Positions 38,231-47,860 of a stretch of DNA of 64,000 bases are shown piece after piece. How positions within the stretch are numbered: position 1 is the stretch's first letter; every line of letters starts with the position of its first letter. The DNA is from Nitrospirota bacterium. GTDB taxonomy: Bacteria; Nitrospirota; UBA9217. The stretch lies in NCBI GenBank assembly GCA_963732675.1, contig CAVTAJ010000013.1, positions 34,137 through 98,136 on the forward strand, in the 5' to 3' direction. The notes beneath the pieces are model-generated. The model searched no databases, had not been told where the DNA came from, and saw nothing but the letters and a program-made list of their open reading frames with translations. A program made the position numbers and the translations under genes.

Positions 38231-38860
38231 CTACTGTGGATTATAGCCAGCCGGGCAATAATTGAAACTGCCGATCTGGAAAGTGGATTGCGCAGCTACC
38301 GTAAAGCTTACGCCATTTTCACTATGCCCTTCGAAGGTATAGGTGGCGATGTAATTGTTAAGATCGCCCGGGCTTGATTGATAGACGCCGGACTGCAAAT
38401 CGGCCAAATACTTGTTTTTTCGCACCAGATCAACAAACGTTGCTGATGTCTCCACCGAAACAGTGCTGGCGCCGCTCACCAGGAAACTGAGTGCCATTTC
38501 CCGGCTGTCCGCCTGAATGAGAGGTGCGCCGGGCGAATCCGCAGAGCTATTGTAATTAATGGTGTATCGATCTATAGAGACGGTCATATCCTTGATAATA
38601 TTACCCGGGTTAATAAGACGCGCGCTGATCGACACGGTCGCGCCATGGTCGGCAAAATATTCAGCTTGAGTTGAACTCCCGCTCACACACGTATCCTGGA
38701 CAGCGTCAACTGAAGTTGTGCTGACCGCATTGTAGGTCGGCGTTATCGTTGCGCTCACGGTAACACCCGGGCTGTCTTTACTGCCTCCTCCGCAGCCTCC
38801 CAGAAGAAGTGCATTGAAGAGAATGCCGATAATCATATAGTAAGGAAGTGTCATCTTCAT
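38231..38860 (-). CDS. Lipoprotein of unknown function
   Basis: Lipobox LLLGGC after a signal peptide. Ser/Thr-rich and beta-rich. It sits between pilQ and the Rieske operon on the same strand. Confidence 0.55.
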   Translation of the reverse strand: MKMTLPYYMIIGILFNALLLGGCGGGSKDSPGVTVSATITPTYNAVSTTSVDAVQDTCVSGSSTQAEYFADHGATVSISARLINPGNIIKDMTVSIDRYTINYNSSADSPGAPLIQADSREMALSFLVSGASTVSVETSATFVDLVRKNKYLADLQSGVYQSSPGDLNNYIATYTFEGHSENGVSFTVAAQSTFQIGSFNYCPAGYNPQ

Positions 38861-38896
38861 ACCGAATCCTCTAAACCCCGCATCGCGGCCCTGTGT

Positions 38897-40258
38897 TTAT
38901 TCCTTGACAATCGTCGGCGTGATGAAGATCATGAGCTCATCCTGGTTTTCAAACTTGCTCTTCTTCTTGAAGAGCCAACCAAGGACCGGGATCTTCGACA
39001 GGAGCGGGACCGCAGATTCGGACTCGCCCTCGCTCTTGGTGAGGATGCCGCCGAGCACGACCGTCTCACCGTCATTCACCACCAGCTCTGAGTTTGCATT
39101 CCGTTTCGTGATCGTCGGGATATTGTCGACCTGCCTGGAAAAGTCGGGTTCCGACTTCTCCACCTTGATCGCAAGGGTGATCCGGCCGTCCTGGGCGATC
39201 GTCGGCGTGGTCGACAGCATCAAGCTCGTGGAAATGATCTGGACCTGCGCGGAGGTGCCGGCAGTCGTCGTGGTCAGCACCCGGACCGGGATATCGATAC
39301 CGCTCGATATCTTCGCTTCCTTATTATTCATCGTCATGACCTTCGGGCTCGACAGGATCTTCCCGTTCCCCGTGGTCTGCATGGCGGACAGCTGCAGATC
39401 AAGCGATAGAGCGCCGCCCAGTTTGCCGAAGGAGATCCCGATCGCGCCGCCGGAGCCGCTCCCCACCGCGGCCGGCAGGTTCACGGCATAGGCATTGCCG
39501 CTCAGGCCGATGTCACCGGTCATGGGAAAAAACGTAGTGCTGCCGATTGTGGAGCTTGAAGAGCCGCTCGTCGAACTACTGGAGCCCGAGGCGCCGCCGG
39601 TCACGACGGTAGTCCCCTTGCCGTTGGTACTTGAGTACTGCCCTCCCCACTGCACCCCCAACTCCCGCGCGTAATTGCTCGACACCTCGACGATCTTCGC
39701 CTCGATCAGGACCTGCGGCATTCTCACATCGAGGCTCTTGAGCAAACGCGCCATCTGGTCGATATTGAGCGAAAGATCTCTTACCACGAGCGCATTCATC
39801 CTGCTGTCAACGGAAATCCTCGCCTTCTCGCTTTTCACCCCGGTCACGATGGGAAGAACGTCCTGACTGCTGGCATGTCCGAGGGGAAAGACCCTGGTCT
39901 CCATATCATTGTCCCGCACCTCGGCCAGTGATAGTATGCGGACCATGTTGGCATCCCTCACGTAGGTGAGCCCCTTGGTCTTCAAAATGGACTCGAGGGC
40001 GTTCCAGATATCGACATTCTTAATGCTCAGGGAGACCTTTCCGCTCACCCCATCGCTCACGATCATGTTCAGGTTCGCCGCCTGTCCCACGGCCCTCAGC
40101 ACGTCCTTGATCTCAGCATCCCTGAACTCCATGGAGAACTCTGAATGCGTTTTTTTAATGTCTACCGTCTGGGCATGCGCCGGCGCGGCGATCAGCCACA
40201 GGGCAAGGCCCGCGAGCGTCGCCAGACGAAACAGGGATTGGGATGTACAGGGAACCAT
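38897..40258 (-). CDS. pilQ: Type IV pilus secretin PilQ
   Basis: Signal peptide ..LIAAPAHA. Secretin C-terminal signature VPLLSKIPVLGWLFKKKSKFENQDELMIFITPTIV. RBS GGAGGTG precedes ATG 40258 (the ORF track starts at 40339). Confidence 0.85.
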   Translation of the reverse strand: MVPCTSQSLFRLATLAGLALWLIAAPAHAQTVDIKKTHSEFSMEFRDAEIKDVLRAVGQAANLNMIVSDGVSGKVSLSIKNVDIWNALESILKTKGLTYVRDANMVRILSLAEVRDNDMETRVFPLGHASSQDVLPIVTGVKSEKARISVDSRMNALVVRDLSLNIDQMARLLKSLDVRMPQVLIEAKIVEVSSNYARELGVQWGGQYSSTNGKGTTVVTGGASGSSSSTSGSSSSTIGSTTFFPMTGDIGLSGNAYAVNLPAAVGSGSGGAIGISFGKLGGALSLDLQLSAMQTTGNGKILSSPKVMTMNNKEAKISSGIDIPVRVLTTTTAGTSAQVQIISTSLMLSTTPTIAQDGRITLAIKVEKSEPDFSRQVDNIPTITKRNANSELVVNDGETVVLGGILTKSEGESESAVPLLSKIPVLGWLFKKKSKFENQDELMIFITPTIVKE

Positions 40259-40369
40259 AGTCACCTCCGGTCGAGCCAATGGAATCTCGGGAGTCAGGGG
40301 GTTTGAGACGGCTTCGCCTTCAGACCCTTCAGACTCCATAAACTCAACAGACTCGATAGACTCTCTTCC

Positions 40370-40793
40370 TCACTTGTTCATGGTAAAATCTTCGAGGAAC
40401 ACTTCTTCTTTTTCGCCGGCGGCGCTCATGAGCACCACGCTCCGCCTGCGGATATCCACCAGCTTCCTGTCGCCGACCTTGACGCCTTCCTGATACGTCT
40501 CGCCGCCGATAATGGCCAGCCGAACGTCCTCGCTGAAAATAATTCCGGTCAGCAGACGGCCGGAGGCCAGGCGAAGGCGCCATCTTCTGCGCCGGCGGCT
40601 TACCTGCCAGAGGATTGTTGAAGGGATCTCTGCCCCAGGAGCCGTCTCCGGAAGGCGGGCCCGGGACAATCGCAACAGGCCGCCCGGCGGAGGGATGAAA
40701 GGGGTCGTTCTCCGCTGCGCCTTCCTGCGCCTGGACCGCAGTCGCGAAGATGACCGTCAATGTCATAATGATATAGAGTAGTCCTTTGCACAT
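40370..40793 (-). CDS. PilP-like pilus assembly lipoprotein/periplasmic protein (one frame break)
   Basis: The N-terminal piece MCKGLLYIIMTLTVIFATAVQA.. (frame of 40344..40958) joins the C-terminal beta domain LTGIIFSEDVRLAIIGGETYQEGVKVGDRKLVDIRRRSVVL (40370..40675). Break near 40570. Confidence 0.55.
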
Positions 40794-40869
40794 ATGTCCA
40801 AATTCACAAAACGTTTTAATGCCCCTTGTGCTGTTCCTCACACCGTATTCCGTAATCCGCATTAGGTTC

Positions 40870-41424
40870 TCACTTCGCCATATACGTGACCGCCTCGATC
40901 TGGGCTGCGCACACCGAAGACGCATCGGGGCAGGATTCAATGCGTATCTTGCGGACATTCACGACCGTGGGCAGGCTCTCAAGGCGCTTGAAATATTCTC
41001 CAAGCTCACGGTAGCGGCCTTTGAGGTCGATATTCATCGAAAGTTCTTTGTACTTCTCCTTGGTGGTTTCCCGGGCGGGATGGATCTCCACCAGATTGAC
41101 CCCCATGCGGCGGGCGGCGCCGGACACATCCTCGAGGAACAGGATAGCGCTCTTCTGGTCGGCCAGGTCCCATCCTGCTGATGCCGACATATCAATGGAT
41201 GCGCGACGTTTGAGCTCAACGATCTGCGCCGTCTGGTCAAGAAGATCATTTTCACTATTGCGAATGTTCGTCTGGACGGAAGATACTGACCGCACCAGCA
41301 TATCATAGGGCACTTGATAGAACAGCCATGAGAGCGTACAGAACAGGGTGACCGTGGCAACAATACGCTCCCGCTTCGTGAGCTTCCGCCAATAGTCAAC
41401 AAGTGACCGCTTGTCAGCCATCAC
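40870..41424 (-). CDS. pilO: Type IV pilus assembly protein PilO
   Basis: N-terminal TM, coiled coil, then ..MGVNLVEIHPARETTKEKYKELSMNIDLKGRYRELGEYFKRLESLPTVVNV. 4-nt overlap with pilN. Confidence 0.7.
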   Translation of the reverse strand: MMADKRSLVDYWRKLTKRERIVATVTLFCTLSWLFYQVPYDMLVRSVSSVQTNIRNSENDLLDQTAQIVELKRRASIDMSASAGWDLADQKSAILFLEDVSGAARRMGVNLVEIHPARETTKEKYKELSMNIDLKGRYRELGEYFKRLESLPTVVNVRKIRIESCPDASSVCAAQIEAVTYMAK

Positions 41425-41993
41425 CGAGCCTCCTGCGCTTTTTTCATGCCGCAGATGATCTCAAAGCCAACCATGTCCTGCCCCTGGACCACGGCCTTCT
41501 GGGCATAGGATAGCTGCGGATCTTCGAAATATCCTGATTTTTCCATGGAACGCATAAAATCGGCTATCGAGAGATAGCTTAATGCGCCCCCCTTGATCCT
41601 GATCTGTGCCTTGCCGTCGGCAATGCCTTCCAGGTAATCGAACCAAAGACCTTTGGGGACAATGAGCGAGAGCTGTTTGAATACCCGCGACCACTGCACC
41701 CGCTCCTTCAATATATCCTGGATCAACGCGGCCTTGTCCCGCGTCATTCCCGTTGGTGAAACGATCGCAAGCTCTTTACGCAAGGCGTCCATCTGCTGCC
41801 GGAGTGTCTGCTTCTGAGCGTTCAGGGTGGCAAGCCGGTTTTGCGACATCGCGTACTGCCGCGCCTGCCAGCCGAACAATACCAGCCACACCAGTATGAA
41901 CAGCATGGTCAGAAGAACACCCCACGTCGCAAAGGAAGAGGATTTCTTTTCCTCCTGGGGCAGCAGATTGATATAGTCTTTTACCGGTTTCAT
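41421..41993 (-). CDS. pilN: Type IV pilus assembly protein PilN
   Basis: INLLP motif at the N-terminus, a single TM, a coiled coil, and a position between pilM and pilO. Confidence 0.75.
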   Translation of the reverse strand: MKPVKDYINLLPQEEKKSSSFATWGVLLTMLFILVWLVLFGWQARQYAMSQNRLATLNAQKQTLRQQMDALRKELAIVSPTGMTRDKAALIQDILKERVQWSRVFKQLSLIVPKGLWFDYLEGIADGKAQIRIKGGALSYLSIADFMRSMEKSGYFEDPQLSYAQKAVVQGQDMVGFEIICGMKKAQEAR

Positions 41994-42067
41994 GATGTTT
42001 TTATTTTTTCATCCTGCCGCTGCTTTTAAGAATACCGACCCGGACATGCCGGGACCAAAAGCGAATA

Positions 42068-43093
42068 TTAAACTTTTCTCAGCGCCAGCCCAATGGCCGC
42101 CGAAAACCGCGGCGCAACGGGTCCGAACTCCTCCAGCATGCTCTCCTTACATGACAGGCAGTCAAAAGGCCGGTCGATCTCCACCCCATGTTCCAGAGAT
42201 TGCTCACAGTATGCCGCCGTCCCCTGCATGAGCGAAACGCCGCCGCTCAAGATCATGCTCTCCACGTTTTTCTCCCGGAACGTGGTTTTATAGTATTCAA
42301 CTGACCGGCGGATCTCCATGAGCAGACCGTCGAGCCGCGACTGGACCGCCTCGATCGCCTTGTCCTGGCCGGCCGGGGTAAGAACGTTCAGAGTACGCTT
42401 CTTGTCTTCCGCCTCCTGCAAACCGATGCCCAGCGTATCGGCGATGGCGCGGGTCATGTCCAGCCCGCCGCTCTCGATACAGCGGCTGAAGCGGAGAATT
42501 CCGCCCTTGAAAATATTGATCTCGGTCTTGCCTGCGCCGAGGTCCACGACGAGGGTGTTTGCGTCAACGGGTATCTCGCGGAACCGGAGAACATTGCGGA
42601 GCGACAGCGCGTTGGCGTCCACGGCGGACACTTTGATCTTCGCTTCCTGGAACGGCATCAGATGCTCAAGCACCTTTCCCCGTTCAGCGGCCACCATAAC
42701 GAGGTCGTACTTCTCCACCGCGCCCTCGCGTTTTTCATCGACAATAAGGTATTCGATCTGGGCGGCATCGACAGGATACGAAATATGCCGCTTCGCCTCC
42801 CAGCGGACCGCCTCGCGCAGCTCGCTGAGCGGCATCTTGGGCAGGGTGAGCGAGCGGATCGTCAGGTGCTTGCCGGGCATCAGGGTAACGATGTTGCTGC
42901 TGCCGATCTTCTTGCCGGCCTGGAGATGGTGGAGGTCGGAGCTGATGCTCATGGCCTGGGCCGGGTCGGGCGGAAACTCCACAAGCACTGCCGACAAAAG
43001 CTTCGGACGCTTCCCGCTCTTCGCGATGCGCACGACCTTGATGCTTCCCGCGCCGATGTCGATGCCCGTTATGTCGTTTGAAAAGAGTCCCAT
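42068..43093 (-). CDS. pilM: Type IV pilus assembly ATPase-like protein PilM
   Basis: Actin-like fold cues GIDIGAGSIKVV and VVDLGAGKTEINIF. It is the first gene of the pilMNOPQ order. Confidence 0.85.
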   Translation of the reverse strand: MGLFSNDITGIDIGAGSIKVVRIAKSGKRPKLLSAVLVEFPPDPAQAMSISSDLHHLQAGKKIGSSNIVTLMPGKHLTIRSLTLPKMPLSELREAVRWEAKRHISYPVDAAQIEYLIVDEKREGAVEKYDLVMVAAERGKVLEHLMPFQEAKIKVSAVDANALSLRNVLRFREIPVDANTLVVDLGAGKTEINIFKGGILRFSRCIESGGLDMTRAIADTLGIGLQEAEDKKRTLNVLTPAGQDKAIEAVQSRLDGLLMEIRRSVEYYKTTFREKNVESMILSGGVSLMQGTAAYCEQSLEHGVEIDRPFDCLSCKESMLEEFGPVAPRFSAAIGLALRKV

Positions 43094-43206
43094 AGGTTAC
43101 ATCATGACGGACGATGGATGACCGCTCACTTCGTTCGCTAAGACGACGGACACCTTCTTCTCGTCCTGCGTCCCTCGTCCATCTTCGTTACCCCCCTTGT
43201 CCTGCA

Positions 43207-43443
43207 TCAACTCTTCTCCGTCTTGAGCTCTTCCGAAGCCATCTGGTACGCCATCTTGTGCTTGTACCCGCGCCGCAAATATTTCCAGATCGCCCGAACA
43301 CGCTCGAAGTCCTGCTTGCTGTATTCCCGTGCCTCCAGGTCGCCCATGGGGATGCGTTTCGGGCTAATATACCCCTTCTGCTCCAGGTAGTAGAGCTTGT
43401 GCCTCGGGATCTCGAGCTTGCTGATGATTTCTGATGTCTTCAT
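43207..43443 (-). CDS. Small MerR-like helix-turn-helix protein
   Basis: 78 aa. TSEIISKLEIPRHKLYYLEQKGYISPKR resembles a MerR/excisionase-type HTH. It lies upstream of pilM on the same strand. Confidence 0.6.
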   Translation of the reverse strand: MKTSEIISKLEIPRHKLYYLEQKGYISPKRIPMGDLEAREYSKQDFERVRAIWKYLRRGYKHKMAYQMASEELKTEKS

Positions 43444-44104
43444 GTACCTTCTCCCAGACAGGGACTGAATCTAAAAATAAGCTTGAATTTAAGTTTGGGT
43501 TTGAGTTTGAGTCTATTTTTCTATAGATTACGAAAAAAATAGCTGATATTGCGGCGTTTGTCAAGAATAAAAAAGTGGTTTTTTGCGATTATTTTATAAA
43601 CGAAAAACCCGACCTTAGCATGATGTTTGTGTTGTCCAAGGAAGGACCGCAAAATAGGGGTGGGGTTAAAAAAATGGGGAACCCTGCGGAGTCAGGACGG
43701 TGCCCTATCTGATGTCAAGATGGTAACCGTCTCAAAAAGGATACCACTATTTCGTCAATGCCGAGCTTTGTTGGCCACTCGGGATACGCTTCCGCAGCGC
43801 TGCCCTCTTGAGGTTCGCGAGAGCAAGTCAGGCCCAGGCCTAATGCGATTGATGAAGCAAGAAAAGGCGAAATGCAAAGTGAAAAAATCGAGGGGAACCA
43901 CGCGGCCGAGGTTCATTCCACTGACCGGGATCCCTGTTATTGCTGCATGCGATCATGATAAGGCCGCGCCGTGGTCTTCCATGATTGAAAAAAGAAAAGA
44001 AAGGGCGAAATAGTAATTCCGACTTCTGACCCTATATGCGCCCTGACCCCATAGGCATCCTGCTGCCAGAAGGCCTGCGGCCGCTTACGAGAGATTTTGC
44101 CAGA

Positions 44105-46147
44105 TCACGGAAATATCTCTTTCCAGTCAAGCGACATGAGCGGGTTATTGCGTCGTTCAACTGCGAGACATAGCCGTTCCATGACAGGGGCTGCTACGGT
44201 CGGTCCGCCCCAGACGGTGAATTTCGCCGACCATACGGCGCCGCCTGATGTCAAATGGCTTTCCCAAATATCGTCAGTTGCAGAGGCTGAGCTTTCATAT
44301 ATGCCGGACAACACCGCCCCGGACACGGGGTGCGCCACCATTTGGACCAAACTCGTATCGTCTCCTGTGGTCGCTATGCCTCCCCACGCGGCCCCATTCC
44401 ATTGTCTCCTGCTGAGTCTGGAGCCGTTCCCCCACAAGAGCCACGCCCTGCCGGCATTCGCTGCAAAAGTTTCAAACACGATGTCGTTATTTCTGCTTGT
44501 ATCCTCAGTACCGGTATCATGCTCTGGATGCGAGGCCGCGGTATCCCATGCAGCGCCATCCCAATAACGAGTGTTCAAATCTCTTCCTGAGTCCTGAACG
44601 CTGTACATGATCCCGTTGGAATAGGGATCAGCAGCCAGCCTTATCCAATTAGCCACTCCACCCATGTTTGCGATATCCAAATTCGTAATACCGCTTAACG
44701 TTAAAGTCGCCCCATCCCATATTCGGAAACGCTGTCTCCTATTCGTGGAACTGCCCCAAATGAACATGGCCCTGCCAGTCAGCTGCTCATAGGCCACATG
44801 GATTGCCTTGGTCGTGGAAGTGGAGGCCGCGGTATCCCAGACCCCCGCAACCCCCATATTATTCCAGGCTGCTCCGGTCCATCTCATGCCGTAGACATAG
44901 GAATTACTATCAAGCAAGATCATGGCAATTTCGCTGCTGACGCCCGGCTTCCGCGCAAGTTCAATCCAATTCGGGCTGCCGGTTGTAGGAACATTTATAT
45001 CCCAGGGTCCGGACCATCCCACTCCATCCCATATCCGGTAGTCCGGGTCAGCGGTCCCATCGTTATAAACCACGATCGCCCGGTCGCCGGTGTTTTCGTA
45101 TTCAATGTCAAATCCGCGATAATTATCATCCGTCGTGCCGATGTTCGCCAGCAGCAACGTAGCACCCCACGCGGCGCCGTTCCAGACCTGTACCCGGATG
45201 TCGCCATTCGAGCTCAGTGTTCCGAGCACGGCTTCGTCGCGTGTCTTGGCGAACTTGAGCATGACATATTGGATATTCGCGGGCACAGGCGTGGCCGCCA
45301 TCTCCGCTCCCCAGGCAGTCCCGTCCCACCGCCGGTAATAGGGTGTGCCGTCTCCGTTCGCTTTGGCATAGACCATCATGGCGCCTGAAATGCTGTTGGT
45401 TTGCATACTGGCTGTCACCGCGCGCTGTGCGCTGCCGACGGTACCGGTGGATGTGATGGCATATTGAAAAACATTGCTTCCAAGCAGATGAGCGGCTGCC
45501 GGAGATCCCTTGTAACCTCGTATGCAGCTTGTGAATTGCGCCGTTCCACTGACGCCTGCGCAAAAAATATACTCCGTATCTATGACGATCACTCCGGGGA
45601 TGCTGAACCCGACGTTCGATGTGACGTTGATCGTCGTGTTACCGATCGGAAGGGGGTTGTTAGTGACCGTTGTAACGGGGTAGACCGCATTGCCGACAGC
45701 GTGGGCGCTCGCAGTCGTGCCTCCCGCGCCACGCGTAACGCCGACATTAAATTGGGTGGCATTCTTTCCAGTGTAAGTAATCAGCTCAGAATCAATGATG
45801 ATGCGGCCCGCGTTCGGGAAGGTCGCGGTAGATTGAACATTAATTGTCAGCCCGGCAGCTCCCGGATCAGCCGTCAGATACGTGGGTGTGGAAACCGTGA
45901 AGCTGCCCGTGCCAAGGCTTACCATCGTCCCAGCCGTAGAGTAATTCGGGAACGCCCGATTTTCCAGTATGTATTCCATCCCGCCGTCCGCCACGTACAA
46001 AGCCTGCGCGGACTGTATATCATTAACGGCCGTGAAGCTGCCGGTATTGATCATCGACAGAAACATCACGCCCATGAACCCAAGGACCACGATGATGAAT
46101 ATTGCCGCGATGATGGTGACGCCATTTTGATGTTTTTTGTTCATCAT
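44105..46147 (-). CDS. PilX-like N-terminal anchor fused to a repeat beta-propeller-like domain (candidate pilus tip protein)
   Basis: The N-terminus NGVTIIAAIFIIVVLGFMGVMFLSM..SAQALYVADGG is PilX-N-like. Two ~60-aa G.I.ID.E.I...RG..G..A..H repeats follow. Then come about 8 repeats carrying W(D/N)G.(A/G)W (RRWDGTAWG, VQVWNGAAWG, YRIWDGVGWSG, MRWTGAAWN, TRYWDGAAWD, RRQWNGAAWG..). Confidence 0.7.
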   Translation of the reverse strand: MMNKKHQNGVTIIAAIFIIVVLGFMGVMFLSMINTGSFTAVNDIQSAQALYVADGGMEYILENRAFPNYSTAGTMVSLGTGSFTVSTPTYLTADPGAAGLTINVQSTATFPNAGRIIIDSELITYTGKNATQFNVGVTRGAGGTTASAHAVGNAVYPVTTVTNNPLPIGNTTINVTSNVGFSIPGVIVIDTEYIFCAGVSGTAQFTSCIRGYKGSPAAAHLLGSNVFQYAITSTGTVGSAQRAVTASMQTNSISGAMMVYAKANGDGTPYYRRWDGTAWGAEMAATPVPANIQYVMLKFAKTRDEAVLGTLSSNGDIRVQVWNGAAWGATLLLANIGTTDDNYRGFDIEYENTGDRAIVVYNDGTADPDYRIWDGVGWSGPWDINVPTTGSPNWIELARKPGVSSEIAMILLDSNSYVYGMRWTGAAWNNMGVAGVWDTAASTSTTKAIHVAYEQLTGRAMFIWGSSTNRRQRFRIWDGATLTLSGITNLDIANMGGVANWIRLAADPYSNGIMYSVQDSGRDLNTRYWDGAAWDTAASHPEHDTGTEDTSRNNDIVFETFAANAGRAWLLWGNGSRLSRRQWNGAAWGGIATTGDDTSLVQMVAHPVSGAVLSGIYESSASATDDIWESHLTSGGAVWSAKFTVWGGPTVAAPVMERLCLAVERRNNPLMSLDWKEIFP

Positions 46148-46206
46148 ATTCGTTATACCGATTAACCGATTCGTTACCCATTCACGATTTACCCATTCAC
46201 GGAGTC

Positions 46207-46815
46207 TCAGAAATTCCTCGGATGCACCCTGGTTCGCATCTGCAGGGATTCCGAACCCTGTGTATCGGTCAGGTTGATGTCAACAAACCACAGGTTTGCT
46301 GCCGTTGCCCCGCCGGCTCCGGCCGAATCGAGATACGTGAATGTCAGCGGGTTAATACCGCTCGAAGATAGGGCGTTCCACCCACCCCATGCGAATGGGC
46401 TGCACGTTGCGCTCTCACGCCGGTTCAAGGCCGCTCCTGCAAGCTGAAATTCTACTGCTTTTCCGGTCACATCGCAAAAAATCAAGTCTGTGGCGGCCAT
46501 CGTTGGGATATCGCCGGCTGTCTGGCTCCTGATCAACCTGATCTCCCTGGCCATACGCTCCATGGCAATCCTGGCCTGGTAGTGCGCTTCGCTGAGGTTC
46601 TGCTCTTTTGAGCTTGCCTTCATCCCCTCAAGGATGATCAGGGCCGCAATGCTGGAAATGATCCCGACGATCACGATCGTAATGATGGCCTCAATAAGGG
46701 TAAAGCCTCTCGAGTTCGAAGTGTGGAGTGTGGAGTTCGGCATTGAACTTTCGCAATCCGTGTCCCGCATCTTGCCCCGTTTTTTATTCCTCACTCCGTA
46801 ATCCGCAATTCGCAT
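46207..46815 (-). CDS. Minor pilin (PilW-like), prepilin N-terminal methylation motif
   Basis: ..SNSRG|FTLIEAIITIVIVGIISSIAALII. The start is ambiguous (46815, or internal ATGs giving MRDTDCESS.. or MPNSTLHTSNSRG). Confidence 0.7.
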   Translation of the reverse strand: MRIADYGVRNKKRGKMRDTDCESSMPNSTLHTSNSRGFTLIEAIITIVIVGIISSIAALIILEGMKASSKEQNLSEAHYQARIAMERMAREIRLIRSQTAGDIPTMAATDLIFCDVTGKAVEFQLAGAALNRRESATCSPFAWGGWNALSSSGINPLTFTYLDSAGAGGATAANLWFVDINLTDTQGSESLQMRTRVHPRNF

Positions 46816-46827
46816 CCGAAGCCCCTT

Positions 46828-47271
<444 letters not shown>

Positions 47272-47272
47272 C

Positions 47273-47830
47273 TCAATTCACCGCCCCGGTCTGCACATAA
47301 ACCGACACCCTCATGGACGCATTACCATTTACGTCTGCAGTCATTGTCGCAGCCAGCGGGACCGTGCCGCACGCACCAGCGCCGCACGTATAGGGCCGTC
47401 CGAGGGAATCATATTCAAGACAGGTTATTGATGGGGCAGGAATACTGATTCCTGCATAAATTCCGGCATTCAACGTAACGAGCATATTCCCCCCGCCGGC
47501 TGGATCAGATGCCAACAGGAAGACGCTGCAATTACCGGTACCGCTGTTGTCAATTCCTACGGTGTAACCTTGCGCTGGAGCCGTCACCGGGGCCGGACCT
47601 GTTCCGTTGAAATACACCCTCGTCCGCTTCCCTCGCGTCATGGCCAGGTTTTGCGCATAGCGGATATCGGCGCGCAGTTTGTCGGAAAAAGCCGCGGCGT
47701 TCGTGGTCGTCATGGTGCCCAGCCTCGGGATAACGACCGCTGCCAGGATGCCGATAAGCACCATGACCATGATGAGTTCTATAAGTGTAAAACCTTTTCT
47801 GTCCATGGATTGCTCACAGTATATCAACAT
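47273..47830 (-). CDS. Minor pilin, FimT/GspH-like
   Basis: Leader MDRKG|FTLIELIMVMVLIGILAAVVIPR. Its size and its position as first gene of the minor-pilin operon fit FimT/GspH. Confidence 0.7.
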   Translation of the reverse strand: MLIYCEQSMDRKGFTLIELIMVMVLIGILAAVVIPRLGTMTTTNAAAFSDKLRADIRYAQNLAMTRGKRTRVYFNGTGPAPVTAPAQGYTVGIDNSGTGNCSVFLLASDPAGGGNMLVTLNAGIYAGISIPAPSITCLEYDSLGRPYTCGAGACGTVPLAATMTADVNGNASMRVSVYVQTGAVN

Positions 47831-47860
47831 CAGGATGATAGTTCAAGGCGCCTGAAGCAT

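Noticed and set aside
43627-44013. 128-aa plus-strand ORF in the pilus-locus gap
   Set aside because: It has no RBS, an odd Arg/Lys/Cys-rich composition and no motif. It is treated as non-coding.
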